Shown: positions 38,974 to 50,543, counted from the stretch's first letter. The stretch is 64,000 nucleotides of DNA from Patescibacteria group bacterium (GCA_041650755.1 JBAZKN010000001.1:314309-378308); one strand, 5' to 3'. Numbers and translations: made by a program. The notes: generated by a model not told the origin, from the sequence alone.

Positions 38974-41403
38974 TTACCTCAAAACTGCGCCGAATTTCTT
39001 CTTTAAAATCTCCCGAATCTCGAACACCAGTCTGTCTACATCTTCAGCCAAAAGCGTCCTATCATCACTGCGGAATTCCAAATGATAAGCTATGGATTTT
39101 TTGCCCGCTCCAAGATCATCACCCATAAACACATCAAACGGCTCCACTCGCCTTATTAAAGACGACACCTTATATATCTCCGGCTCTAAATCGCGCCAAT
39201 AAACGGTTTGTGGCACCACAATAGCCATATCACGATCTACGCCGGGATACTTGGGCAAAAATTCATATCTCTTGTTTTGGCTGATGTATTTAACAATAGT
39301 GGAGAAATCCAGCTCCCAAAAACCGACATTTATCTTCTGGCTGGCGCTGGAAAATAATTCGCGCTTCAATAGGCCAAAATAGCCAATATTGACATCGTGT
39401 ACTCTTATTTCATAAGCAAAATTGGCATAAGACAAATCTATATCAGAAAATATATATTTTATGCCCCAATACTCAAACAACGACTCCAGCAGACCCTTAA
39501 TCGACCCAAAGACCTGGGGTGGGGTTTGCGTGCTCAGCTCCACGCCGGCCAAATGCTTGGCTTGCTGGGGCAAAAACTTTTTTTGATTATTATCAAGCTG
39601 AAAGCTGCTGCGCTGACTTTTATCAAACACTCTCTCCAGCTCAAAAATCCTAAAATTATCCGACCAACGAAAATTACTTTCAGCTGCGTTGAGTAAATTT
39701 GGCAAAAGCTTAAGGTTTAAATAGGCCGCTTCCGGACTAATGGAGTTTTTGACCCTGATGTGCTTGGCTAAATCCAAATGCATGACATTGGCCCAAGCCT
39801 GATTGACAAAAGGATAGGTATAAACTTCAGTATATCCTTGACCCCAGGCTAACCAGCGTTTGATATCGCGTTCAGCTTTTATGGACACATCTACCAACGG
39901 TTCTTTCAACTCCACTTGGGGCAAATGATAATCTATTTTATCATAGCCATGGATACGAGCTACTTCTTCAACAATATCCTCTGGAATGGATATGTCCTTG
40001 GTAGCTCTAAAGCTCGGCACTTTGATAGTATAAACGCCTTTATTGTAGCTCACTTCAAATTGTAAGCGAGCCAAAATATCTTTAATTTCTTTACTAGGTA
40101 ATGACATGCCAATTCTTTCGGTCAACAATTTTTCCGGCACAGTCAGGGTAAGGGGCGCAAAAGGATTATTGTCTATATCGGCTATTTGACTGGCTAGCTT
40201 AGCTTCTGGGCAGATAGATAAAATAAGCTGTGCAGCCCTCTGCAAAGCCAAAATAGTCATATTGGGGTCTAGTGATTTTTCAAAACGGGCCGAGCTGTCG
40301 CTACGCAAACCCAAAGCTTGGGAAGAACGACGGATGTTACTGGCTTTAAAATTAGCTGACTCAATAATAATCTCTGTAGTCTCCGTATTGATTTCACTAT
40401 TTTGCCCGCCCATAATGCCGGCAATAGCCAAATATTTCTTTTGATCAGCTATCATCATGGTCTGGTCAGTCAATTTGCGCTTGACGCCATCCAGGGTGAC
40501 AAACTTTTCGTTTTTCTTGGCAAGTTTGACAATGATATTGTGGTCAGACACTTGACGAGCGTCAAAAGCATGTAAAGGCTGGCCAAGCTCATACATGACA
40601 TAATTAGTCACATCAACAATATTATTTATTGGCCGCAAACCAACTGCCAATAACTTTAGTTTTAGCCACCAGGGCGAATCCTCTACTTTGATGCTCTCCA
40701 TGGCCAAAGCTGAATAGCGAAAACAGTTGACCTTGTCCTGAATATTGATTTTTAATTTTATTTTGTCTTGGTATTTTAAATCAACCAAAGAATAATTACC
40801 CAGCTTGGTGCGATAGATAGCTGACAATTCCCTGGCCAAACCATACTGCCCCCAAAGATCTGGTCGGTGATTTATAGATTTATTATCAATATCTATCACC
40901 TTATCATCCAAACCCAGGGCTTGGGACAAAGCTTGGCCCGGCTTAGCCTTGAAGCTGGTCAAATCCAAAATTTCCCGTTCAGAGGATCCGGGTGTCAAAT
41001 TCTGCAAACCAATCTCAGCAGCCGCCACAATCATTCCATGACTATCTATGCCTCTTATTTTAGCCGCTGTCAACTCTACCCAATCCCCTTGGCCGTGCCA
41101 TCTGACCTTGCTGCCAACCGTAGCTACGGCTACTAACATTTTTGGCTGCAGATTGCTGCCACCGCAGACAATTTGCTCAACTCTAGCACCAATATTTACC
41201 TGGCAGACTTGCAATAAATCAGCCTGGGGGTGCTTGGCCAGCTGCTCAATCTTACCCACCACTATACCCTGCAAATTTTTAGCCTGATCAATCACCTCTT
41301 CTACCTCGACCGTGGACATAGTTAAATCTAGGGCTACTTGCTCAGCGGTCAAATTTTTTGGTAACTTTAGCCAATTTTTTATCCAATTAAGTGATAAATA
41401 CAT
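38974..41403 (-). CDS. pheT: phenylalanine--tRNA ligase beta subunit
   Basis: HPQAD, NHRPDL, RFEK, DIVEEVARIHG and FDX-ACB C-terminus. Confidence 0.96.
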   Translation of the reverse strand: MYLSLNWIKNWLKLPKNLTAEQVALDLTMSTVEVEEVIDQAKNLQGIVVGKIEQLAKHPQADLLQVCQVNIGARVEQIVCGGSNLQPKMLVAVATVGSKVRWHGQGDWVELTAAKIRGIDSHGMIVAAAEIGLQNLTPGSSEREILDLTSFKAKPGQALSQALGLDDKVIDIDNKSINHRPDLWGQYGLARELSAIYRTKLGNYSLVDLKYQDKIKLKINIQDKVNCFRYSALAMESIKVEDSPWWLKLKLLAVGLRPINNIVDVTNYVMYELGQPLHAFDARQVSDHNIIVKLAKKNEKFVTLDGVKRKLTDQTMMIADQKKYLAIAGIMGGQNSEINTETTEIIIESANFKASNIRRSSQALGLRSDSSARFEKSLDPNMTILALQRAAQLILSICPEAKLASQIADIDNNPFAPLTLTVPEKLLTERIGMSLPSKEIKDILARLQFEVSYNKGVYTIKVPSFRATKDISIPEDIVEEVARIHGYDKIDYHLPQVELKEPLVDVSIKAERDIKRWLAWGQGYTEVYTYPFVNQAWANVMHLDLAKHIRVKNSISPEAAYLNLKLLPNLLNAAESNFRWSDNFRIFELERVFDKSQRSSFQLDNNQKKFLPQQAKHLAGVELSTQTPPQVFGSIKGLLESLFEYWGIKYIFSDIDLSYANFAYEIRVHDVNIGYFGLLKRELFSSASQKINVGFWELDFSTIVKYISQNKRYEFLPKYPGVDRDMAIVVPQTVYWRDLEPEIYKVSSLIRRVEPFDVFMGDDLGAGKKSIAYHLEFRSDDRTLLAEDVDRLVFEIREILKKKFGAVLR

Positions 41404-41426
41404 ATATTTAATTTGGTAAACGTTGA

Positions 41427-41452
41427 TTATCCCCTGACTTTAGTCGGGATAA
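41427..41452. repeat. short palindrome between pheS and pheT
   Basis: TTATCCC-CT-GACT-TT-AGTC-GGGATAA hairpin (REP-like or mRNA stabiliser). Confidence 0.5.
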
Positions 41453-41457
41453 CTGCA

Positions 41458-42462
41458 TTAAAATTGGTTTAGAAATCTCAAATCAGCTGACATTAATAAT
41501 CTAATATCATTGATCCGATATTTCATCATGACTAATCTGGTCAAACCCAAACCAAAAGCAAAACCAGAATATATTTGCGGATCCAAACCGCCCGCTTTGA
41601 TGACTTCTGGATGCACCATCCCACAAGGCATTAACTCAACCCAGCCAGATTGTTTACAGACCGAGCAACCCTTACCTTCACAAATCATGCATTTAATATC
41701 CATCTCAAAGGCCGGCTCGACAAAAGGGAAAAATCCTGGCCGCAAACGCAAGTCTACTTCAGCATTAAAAACAGTCGACAGCAAGGCTTTCATGGTGGCG
41801 ATCAAATGACCGATATTCATGGCCTTATCCACCATCAAGCCCTCGAGCTGGTGAAAAGTGTGATCGTGGCCCGGATCAGTCGATTCATTACGAAAAACCC
41901 TGCCGGGGAATATACCTCTAAATGGTGCTCCATATTTTTCCAGCATCCTGACCTGCAAATTGGAGGTCTGAGTGCGCAGTAAATTGCCATCTTCCAGCCA
42001 AAAAGTGTCCTGGGTATCACGAGCTGGATGATCGGCTGGAATGTTGAGAGCATTAAAATTGTAATATTCTGATTCTACTTGCGGCCCATCAAAAACCGTA
42101 AAACCAATCTGCAAGAAAGCTTGCTCAATCTCTTCTTGGACTTGAGTCAAGGGATGTAAGTGGCCCAGCTGTCGCCGGCTGCCCGGTAAAGTCGGGTCAA
42201 AAGCAAAGCTATCTACTTTGTCCAGTAGACTATCCTCTAAGCGATTAAAAATTTCCGACAATTCATCTTTGACCTGATTGGCAACTTTGCCCACCTTCGG
42301 CTTTTCCTCTTCGGCTAGACTTTTAAGATCTTTCAAAAGCGCGGCTAGCTCACCCTTGCGACCTAAATATTTGTTTTTTAAGTCAGCTAAAATTTTAGCA
42401 TCTTTGACTTGGTCAAGCTCTTTGAGGACCCGCTTTTTTAGATCTTGCAATTTATGCTCCAT
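41458..42462 (-). CDS. pheS: phenylalanine--tRNA ligase alpha subunit
   Basis: HPARDTQDTF, LRTQTS, FHQLEGL, FPFVEP and GFAFGLG. Confidence 0.97.
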   Translation of the reverse strand: MEHKLQDLKKRVLKELDQVKDAKILADLKNKYLGRKGELAALLKDLKSLAEEEKPKVGKVANQVKDELSEIFNRLEDSLLDKVDSFAFDPTLPGSRRQLGHLHPLTQVQEEIEQAFLQIGFTVFDGPQVESEYYNFNALNIPADHPARDTQDTFWLEDGNLLRTQTSNLQVRMLEKYGAPFRGIFPGRVFRNESTDPGHDHTFHQLEGLMVDKAMNIGHLIATMKALLSTVFNAEVDLRLRPGFFPFVEPAFEMDIKCMICEGKGCSVCKQSGWVELMPCGMVHPEVIKAGGLDPQIYSGFAFGLGLTRLVMMKYRINDIRLLMSADLRFLNQF

Positions 42463-42471
42463 ATATTTACT

Positions 42472-42879
42472 TTATACTTTGTGGACTAAGTCTTCTTTTT
42501 GCTTATGGCGAAATAATAGCAAAACAAATTCCAAACTAGTGGCGGCAATGACCAATAAAAACATATTCCACCAAGTCAAAATCCTGGCTGCCTGCAAAAA
42601 CATGGCAATAACAACTACCACGGCCATGATCAATGCCTGGCGCAAAGAATTGACAACCGCTAGCCTAATTTGTATTTTCCCAGGGTTAAACAAGCGTCGT
42701 ATCCAAAAGCCAAGCAACGATAAAAGCCCCAAAAATCCCAAACCCAAGGTCATATAAAACAAAAGAAAAACTACCCAGGTCGCCTGTTTGGGGTCAAAAT
42801 TGCTGATAATTATAAAAAATCCAAGCCACGCTAGGACCGTGGCCGTACCCATAATAATATTGTAAATTTTACTATTCAT
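42472..42879 (-). CDS. 4-TM membrane protein, hypothetical
   Basis: four hydrophobic helices; TTGATT-17-TAAAAT promoter 8 nt upstream of ATG. Confidence 0.75.
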   Translation of the reverse strand: MNSKIYNIIMGTATVLAWLGFFIIISNFDPKQATWVVFLLFYMTLGLGFLGLLSLLGFWIRRLFNPGKIQIRLAVVNSLRQALIMAVVVVIAMFLQAARILTWWNMFLLVIAATSLEFVLLLFRHKQKEDLVHKV

Positions 42880-42922
42880 TAATGTTAATTTTACAAGAAA
42901 TCCTAAGAAAAATCAACGCTAA

Positions 42923-43285
42923 TTAAGCCAACTTTAATAATTTATTTATAGTGACAACAATTGCCCCCTTAGCAGACAAGCCTTTGTTTTCGGGCATAGT
43001 TTCTACATATTTTTTCCAAGGACCGTTAATATAATATTTGGCCTTGCCCACCAGCTTAATGCCGTGCCAACTTTTATCCCAAACCGCCAAACAAACATTA
43101 TTATTTTTTTGCAAATTTTGTCTGGTGTGCTTCATAAAATTATCAGTAATCAGCACTTTATTTGAGGCCACTACTTTGACATAAGCCACACCAATCACAT
43201 TTGGCTTTTTTAAACTATCGACAGTGGCAAAAGCAATGGCATGATTTTCAATTAATAATTTATCTTTTTTGTTGATTCTAATCAT
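42923..43285 (-). CDS. pyridoxamine 5'-phosphate oxidase-like FMN-binding protein
   Basis: ATVD...PNV, DNFMKHTRQNL..N and GIKLVG. Confidence 0.82.
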   Translation of the reverse strand: MIRINKKDKLLIENHAIAFATVDSLKKPNVIGVAYVKVVASNKVLITDNFMKHTRQNLQKNNNVCLAVWDKSWHGIKLVGKAKYYINGPWKKYVETMPENKGLSAKGAIVVTINKLLKLA

Positions 43286-43295
43286 AAATATTTAA

Positions 43296-46250
43296 TTAAA
43301 TATTTTTAGCAAACGGACAAATCTGCTTATAATCACAATACTGGCAAGCGTGGCCGGGCTTGGCTGCAAAATCATCTGATAAGATAAGCTCGATGGTACT
43401 TTTGATCCAATCTTTAACTTTTTCTTTTTCTTTGTCGCTACCAAGAAAAGAAACTGGCGCATTATTATTTAAATAATAATAAGTCAAGGCGCCTGTTTTA
43501 GCAGAAAAAACTTCTTCAGCGGCTATCTGATAAATTAACAATTGTTTTTTATCTTCAAAGGTGATATTTTCATCTTTGGCTTGGCCAGTCTTATAATCAA
43601 TCAGCTGCCAATGGCCATTGGGGTCAACATCAATGCGATCGATAAAGCCCTTGACTGTATAATCCCCTACCTTGATATGGAAACCCTTTTCTAAATACAA
43701 GGGAATAGAAAATAAGGGCTGAAATTTTTGATAGTATTCTTTCAGGATGCGCGCACCTTCACTGCGGTATTTTTCTTTTTGGCTGTTTGATTGGTACCAA
43801 TCATCAATCCACTGAGCAGCATATATTTTGAGCAAATCATCAATGGTCGGCACTTTTATCTTAGCCACGGTATTGAATAAATCGCTTTGCGGAGCCTGGC
43901 TAGCCTCAATAATACGTTGATAAAATTGCTGCAAAGTAGCATGCATGGTTTTGCCAAAACTAAATTGGGCGCTGCCCTTGACTGGAATTTTGGCGATATA
44001 AGAATAGAAATACTGGCGCGGGCAAGTCTCATAGGCCTTGAGCTGGGAAAAAGAGAAGACTTTGGGTTTTTCATATTTAACGACAGTATCTTTGACTTCA
44101 ATCGGCGGTGAGCTGACTGTCACTTTACCTGATACTTCTGTCTGGGGCAATTTTATCTCATCCAAAAATCTGGATGGTTTCTTCTGCCGACTGCCGCCAT
44201 AATCTTTGGCCCAAGTCAAAAATACCCCTCTCTTGGCACGCGTCAAGGCTACATAAAAAAGCCTGCGCTCTTCCTGCAGATGAGCATCGCCGGTAGGCAA
44301 TTGTTCTTTGATAAAAGTTGCCGGCATTTCTATCGGATCACGCCGTTCAATACTGGGGAATCTAAGTTGCGCTAAATTACTGACAAAGACATATTCAAAC
44401 TCCAAACCCTTGGCGCCATGCACAGTCATAATTTTTACCACATCTGGCCCACTTTCCTCGCCTTGCTCTAGGGCACCCAGCTCGCCTGATTCTAGCTCCA
44501 AATTCAAAGTAGCCAGAAATTCATGCACGCGGGCATTACCCAAATATTCTTCCTCCCAAGCACGAATTTTTTTATAAAACTGGTTTAAGAAGCCGAGCTG
44601 CTCTTGATTATATACATTCTGCTCCAGAGTCAAAGCCTGCAAATAGCCACTGTCCTCAAGCCAAGCATAAACCACTTGGGAAACTGGCTTACTTTTTGCC
44701 TCTTGAGCGTGCTGATTTAGATTGGCTAATATTTTTTCTATTATTTTTTGATCGCTAGCAGGGATTTCCAAATGACTGCGATAATTCTGCAAAGCATAGT
44801 ACAAGCTCCAAGCCTTGCGACTAGCCAAATGACTTAAATTTATAATTGTTTTGATATCTAGTCTGGTGATCGGCAGGCTCAAAATCCTAAACAAGGCGGT
44901 TGACTCATGATAATTATCCAAAAGCTTCAAATAGGCTATGATGTCCAGCACAATATCTTGAGTATAAAGTCCCCGCGAAGCCATAAATTGATGCGGCATC
45001 CCGTTTTTACGCATCAAGCTGACAAAACCATTGGCCGCTTCGTTAGCTCTCACCAAAATAGCAAAATCTGACCACTGCAGTTTTTTATCCGCCTTTTTTA
45101 AGGTAATAATCTTATTTAAAATACCCTCGATCTCGGCAGTATTGTCGGTAAAAGCCAGCACTTCTACTGTGCCTTTCAGCTGGCTATGGCTGACTAATTT
45201 TTTATCTAGCTTAATCCCAGTTTTTTTACGGCCTTTTTTCAGCTGATACTCCAAGCGGTCGGGATTATTGAGCTGAATAAAATCATAAGCCACGTCCAAA
45301 ATATTTTGCCCCGAACGATAATTATCAGTCAAAAATATTTGCTCCAATGACTGCCCCTTGATCTTGCTATAATCTTTTTGGAAACTCAAAATATTGGAAA
45401 TAGCTGCTCCTCGAAATTTGTAAATAGCCTGGTCATCATCGCCGACTACCATCAGATTATTTTTGGGAGCAGCTAAAATTTTAATCAGCTCATATTGCGC
45501 CCAATTGGTATCTTGGAATTCATCTACCAAAATGTACTTGAATTGCTCCCGAAACTTTTTTAAAATTCGTGGGCGCTGTTGAAACAGGCGCAAAGTATAA
45601 TTAATCAAATCGCCAAAATCCAAGGCATTGTTTTCCAAAAGCAATTGCTGGTAAACATGGTAAGCATTGGCCACTTCTCTGACGCGCAAAGCCTCTTGGG
45701 CTACTTCCTCCCGGTCAACAGCCGTATCAGTGTCTAAATGCAAATTATCGGCATAATCCAGATAATCTTCCGGGTATACCACCTCATCCTTGCAACGGGA
45801 AAAATGATTGAGTAGAGCATGGATAAATTTGGTGGGATTGGCCAGCGGCCTATAATAATCCAGTTCAAAGCGATCAATATTTTGCCTAACCAATAGCCAG
45901 GCCGCCGTCTTATCCAATAATTTAAAATCATTGGGCAGACCGATATCAACCGCATAATCCTTTAAAACTTTTTCACAAAAACCGTGAAAAGTGTGAATCC
46001 AAAGATCAGCATAACCCAAAGGCAAAAGCCTATCTACTCTTTCGGCCATTTCGGTAGCGGCTTTCTCTGTAAAAGTGACCGCCAAAATCTCCTCTGGCTT
46101 AGCCTTGCCCTGATCTATCAAATAGGCAATCCGCTGGGTGATAACCGTAGTTTTGCCTGTGCCGGCGCCGGCAATCAAAATAACCGGCCCAGCATCATGG
46201 GTAATCGCCTCAAGTTGTGCCTTATTTAAATGGGATAAGTCTATTGCCAT
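43296..46250 (-). CDS. UvrD/PcrA-family SF1 helicase fused to a PD-(D/E)XK nuclease with a 4-Cys cluster
   Basis: AGAGTGKT, DEFQD, TVHGAKGLEF and EERRLFYVALTRA; C-terminal SFSQL...CP, GFIDRID, IDYKTG and CQYCDYKQIC. Confidence 0.93.
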   Translation of the reverse strand: MAIDLSHLNKAQLEAITHDAGPVILIAGAGTGKTTVITQRIAYLIDQGKAKPEEILAVTFTEKAATEMAERVDRLLPLGYADLWIHTFHGFCEKVLKDYAVDIGLPNDFKLLDKTAAWLLVRQNIDRFELDYYRPLANPTKFIHALLNHFSRCKDEVVYPEDYLDYADNLHLDTDTAVDREEVAQEALRVREVANAYHVYQQLLLENNALDFGDLINYTLRLFQQRPRILKKFREQFKYILVDEFQDTNWAQYELIKILAAPKNNLMVVGDDDQAIYKFRGAAISNILSFQKDYSKIKGQSLEQIFLTDNYRSGQNILDVAYDFIQLNNPDRLEYQLKKGRKKTGIKLDKKLVSHSQLKGTVEVLAFTDNTAEIEGILNKIITLKKADKKLQWSDFAILVRANEAANGFVSLMRKNGMPHQFMASRGLYTQDIVLDIIAYLKLLDNYHESTALFRILSLPITRLDIKTIINLSHLASRKAWSLYYALQNYRSHLEIPASDQKIIEKILANLNQHAQEAKSKPVSQVVYAWLEDSGYLQALTLEQNVYNQEQLGFLNQFYKKIRAWEEEYLGNARVHEFLATLNLELESGELGALEQGEESGPDVVKIMTVHGAKGLEFEYVFVSNLAQLRFPSIERRDPIEMPATFIKEQLPTGDAHLQEERRLFYVALTRAKRGVFLTWAKDYGGSRQKKPSRFLDEIKLPQTEVSGKVTVSSPPIEVKDTVVKYEKPKVFSFSQLKAYETCPRQYFYSYIAKIPVKGSAQFSFGKTMHATLQQFYQRIIEASQAPQSDLFNTVAKIKVPTIDDLLKIYAAQWIDDWYQSNSQKEKYRSEGARILKEYYQKFQPLFSIPLYLEKGFHIKVGDYTVKGFIDRIDVDPNGHWQLIDYKTGQAKDENITFEDKKQLLIYQIAAEEVFSAKTGALTYYYLNNNAPVSFLGSDKEKEKVKDWIKSTIELILSDDFAAKPGHACQYCDYKQICPFAKNI

Positions 46251-46256
46251 GGCTAT

Positions 46257-46285
46257 ATTTTATCTAAAAAAACTGGAAAAAGCAA
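46257..46285 (-). promoter_or_regulatory. promoter predicting a leaderless helicase mRNA
   Basis: TTGCTT-17nt-TAAAAT-6nt-ATG. Confidence 0.7.
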
Positions 46286-46329
46286 AAAAAAGAGGCCCTC
46301 GCTAATCCTCCTTTGAAAACAAGGGCCTT
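46284..46329 (-). terminator. terminator of cassette 6
   Basis: AGGCCCT...AGGGCCT stem followed by T8 on the minus strand. Confidence 0.75.
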
Positions 46330-46361
46330 TGTGCCATACCATTGCCAGATGCCGGAGCAGT

Positions 46362-46910
46362 TTACTCCAGCTCGTACAAAGTGCAATCCTGGAGAGCCGG
46401 CGCCTGATTGCCATCCAGGTCGGACGGCCGCAGCCAAAAGCTGCGGATGCCCAAAGGCCTGGTCATGGCCTGATCAAGGTTCCGGCGCACATCGAGGATA
46501 GACACTGCTGCGCGGTAATGGCTGGCCAGCTCGCAATCGCTCAAGGCCATGAACCTGGCTATCTCCAAAGGCAGTTCACGGCGAAACATCTGACCAACCA
46601 TGAGCAGATCCGTAGTGTGCATCTGCTCCTGGGTGGCCAAATCGTGGATCTGACCACCATAGTCAGCGCAGTTGCAGTGATTGACCAGATTCAACTGCGG
46701 GCTGCCGTGCAAACCCACGGCAATCAGGGCGATGTCTCTAAGCACCTCCCTAGTGAAAGGACAGTTACGTCGATGCCGACGCACGCCACCAGGCCGGGTG
46801 AATTCATCCACCAGCTCCCCTCCCACCAGCTCCTCGATCAACTTTCTGGCACGCTGATTCCAGAGCCCATCAGCACACTGAATCATTGTGCCATGATAAC
46901 GGTGAGACAA
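46362..46910 (-). CDS. GC-rich beta-carbonic-anhydrase-like protein (cassette 6), TTG start
   Basis: AAGGAGG SD before TTG at 46910; C-A-D...PGG...LH...HCNCADYGG; the longer ORF-track start overlaps the promoter. Confidence 0.75.
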   Translation of the reverse strand: MSHRYHGTMIQCADGLWNQRARKLIEELVGGELVDEFTRPGGVRRHRRNCPFTREVLRDIALIAVGLHGSPQLNLVNHCNCADYGGQIHDLATQEQMHTTDLLMVGQMFRRELPLEIARFMALSDCELASHYRAAVSILDVRRNLDQAMTRPLGIRSFWLRPSDLDGNQAPALQDCTLYELE

Positions 46911-46956
46911 GACAACCCTCCTTGTTGGGGACCTATACCTGACGACAAGATGATTC

Positions 46957-46984
46957 ATTATACCTAAATAAAAAAACATGTCAA
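46957..46984 (-). promoter_or_regulatory. promoter of cassette 6
   Basis: TTGACA-16nt-TATAAT. Confidence 0.85.
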
Positions 46985-47024
46985 CCGACATATTTTTTTA
47001 CTATAAATAACTATATATAAGTTA

Positions 47025-47474
47025 TTAGTCTACCACTATATAATCCAACCCTTGGGGCACTGCCTTACTATATGCCATAATAATCTCTAAATCTTCCGGC
47101 AACTCTTTGGCTAGCATTTCTTTGACGGTCTGTAGATCCTTATTATAAGCTTGCTCTTCAGTAGCGGCATCAGAAAAATTTTTACTGCCGCCATAGGCAC
47201 CGCAATCCCAATGCCAGAGCAACAGCAGCTTCTTCACCTGATGCAAATTTTTCGAAACCGTGATAATGCTATTGATAAAAGAGACCTTGAAACCATTGTT
47301 TTTTAAAACATCCTTGGCGCTACCTGGCCAGGCATAAAGATCAAAATTCTTATAGCCCAAGCCTTTAGCCACAAACTCTTGGTCGGATTCTCGAAAACGA
47401 AAATCGACACACTTGATAACTGCCAATGGGCATTCATGCTCTTGAAGCAAATCATTTGGTACCAAATATCCCAT
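47025..47474 (-). CDS. putative beta-carbonic anhydrase-like protein (native, AT-rich)
   Basis: CVDFR...WPG...LH...HWDCGAYGG zinc ligands. Confidence 0.85.
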   Translation of the reverse strand: MGYLVPNDLLQEHECPLAVIKCVDFRFRESDQEFVAKGLGYKNFDLYAWPGSAKDVLKNNGFKVSFINSIITVSKNLHQVKKLLLLWHWDCGAYGGSKNFSDAATEEQAYNKDLQTVKEMLAKELPEDLEIIMAYSKAVPQGLDYIVVD

Positions 47475-47540
47475 ATTTTTACAAATTTAAATAAAATATC
47501 AGCGGGCTCTATCTTAGCACTAAACATCTAGAGCGTCAAT

Positions 47541-47996
47541 CTAAGACTCGCTCTCTCTATCTAAGCTAACGTCGGCCCCTCGAGTATGCTTGTATTTTTT
47601 AGCTACCCGCAAACGGGCCAGTTCTTTTTCTAGAGCAGCACTAAAGTAAGCAAACTGCTCGGCATCCATGACCTTGGTCTGTAATAATTCTTGGGCTCTG
47701 ATCCGAGCTGCTTCAGCTCTCTGTTCATCGATCTCGCTGGCTCTTTCGGCGGTATCTGCCAAAACTACCACCTGATCAGGCAAAACTTCCAACAAGCCGC
47801 CTGATATAGCCATCAGGTCTTCGACTTTATTACCTTTTTTGATAATAAGTTCACCTGGAGCAAGCTGTGATACCAATGGTAAATGGTGTGGCAAAATAGT
47901 CAACTGACCAGTTGTTGTAGAAACCGAAAGCTGGTCAACCGTATCTTCATACAGCACTCGCTCGGGAGTAACAATTTTTAACTTAATATCTGCCAT
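47541..47996 (-). CDS. atpC: ATP synthase epsilon subunit
   Basis: IVTPER, ILPHHLP, GGLLEV and LADTAE. Confidence 0.96.
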   Translation of the reverse strand: MADIKLKIVTPERVLYEDTVDQLSVSTTTGQLTILPHHLPLVSQLAPGELIIKKGNKVEDLMAISGGLLEVLPDQVVVLADTAERASEIDEQRAEAARIRAQELLQTKVMDAEQFAYFSAALEKELARLRVAKKYKHTRGADVSLDRESES

Positions 47997-48114
47997 ATAT
48001 TATTAGTAAAAGGTATAAAGTAGAAAGTTTAAGGTTATAAACATTTTCTACCTAACCATGTTTAATTCTAACCACTTAGCTTAATTATTTAATAAAAAGC
48101 TTGCGCGCTACTTT

Positions 48115-49551
<1,437 letters not shown>

Positions 49552-49616
49552 TTATACTTGCCCCCGCTATCGTAAATTCGGGGATCATAAATTTATTTAA
49601 AAAAATATTTATCAAA

Positions 49617-50534
49617 TTAATTTTGCAAAGCTGCACTGCCAGCAGCAATTTCAGCCAACTCGGCAGTGATGCCGGCTTGGCGTGATTGATTGAAGGCTAA
49701 GGTCAAAAAATCTATCATGTCAGCCGCCGCATCAGAGGCATTACGCATAGCCAACATACGAGCAGAGTGCTCTGAGGCCTCGCTTTCCAAAACAGCCTGA
49801 TAGATCTGGACTTCCACCAAACGAGGCAAAAAAGCCATCAGCACTTCTGCGGTATTTGGCTCGAATAAAAACTCGGAAAAACTATCTACATTGATTTTAT
49901 CTTGATTGGCCATCTTTTCATGACTGATGTGCCCTAAGCGCTCATCCACCTGCGGCACGATTGGCAAAAGCTGCTTGAGGTGCGGTACCTGGCGCAAAGA
50001 AGAAACAAAATCAGTATAAGCAATAAAAATACGGTCATAATTTTTATCTAGAAATTCTTTGGTCACCAAATGGGCCATAGAGCGAATATCGGTAATATTT
50101 TGCGTAATATCAGTTTTGGGAAAATCGGCTATTAATTTTAAACCGCGTCGCTGGCTCTCTAGCCGACCGCGCGAACCAAAGGTAATAATCTCAGTAGCGG
50201 CCTCCGGATGATGCAATTTCATGGAAAGCAAGACTTTATTTACCAGCTGCAAATTAAAACTGCCACACAAACCACGGTTGGAGCTCACTAAAATAATGCC
50301 CGCCTTATTTACCTGCTCTCTGTTTTCAAAAAATGGATGCTCGTTCTTATCGACTTTGCCGGCTAAATGCAAAACTGTCTGCCAAACCAAATCAGAATAG
50401 CTTCTAGTGGCTAAAACTTTTTTGACCGCCTTGCGCATCTTGGCCGCCGCTACCAGCTCCATAGCTTTGGTAATCTTGCGGGTGGAGCGCACTGAGCGAA
50501 TCCTTCTTTGAATATCTCGAGTTGCTTGCGCCAT
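49617..50534 (-). CDS. atpG: ATP synthase gamma subunit
   Basis: KITKAMELVAAAK, RGLCGSFN and RQAGITAEL. Confidence 0.97.
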   Translation of the reverse strand: MAQATRDIQRRIRSVRSTRKITKAMELVAAAKMRKAVKKVLATRSYSDLVWQTVLHLAGKVDKNEHPFFENREQVNKAGIILVSSNRGLCGSFNLQLVNKVLLSMKLHHPEAATEIITFGSRGRLESQRRGLKLIADFPKTDITQNITDIRSMAHLVTKEFLDKNYDRIFIAYTDFVSSLRQVPHLKQLLPIVPQVDERLGHISHEKMANQDKINVDSFSEFLFEPNTAEVLMAFLPRLVEVQIYQAVLESEASEHSARMLAMRNASDAAADMIDFLTLAFNQSRQAGITAELAEIAAGSAALQN

Positions 50535-50543
50535 ACTTATGTA

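Noticed and set aside
46329-46991. 212-aa plus-strand ORF and the 46991 start for the minus-strand ORF
   Set aside because: The plus ORF is an antisense shadow; the 46991 start lies upstream of the TTGACA/TATAAT promoter, whereas TTG at 46910 has a strong SD.
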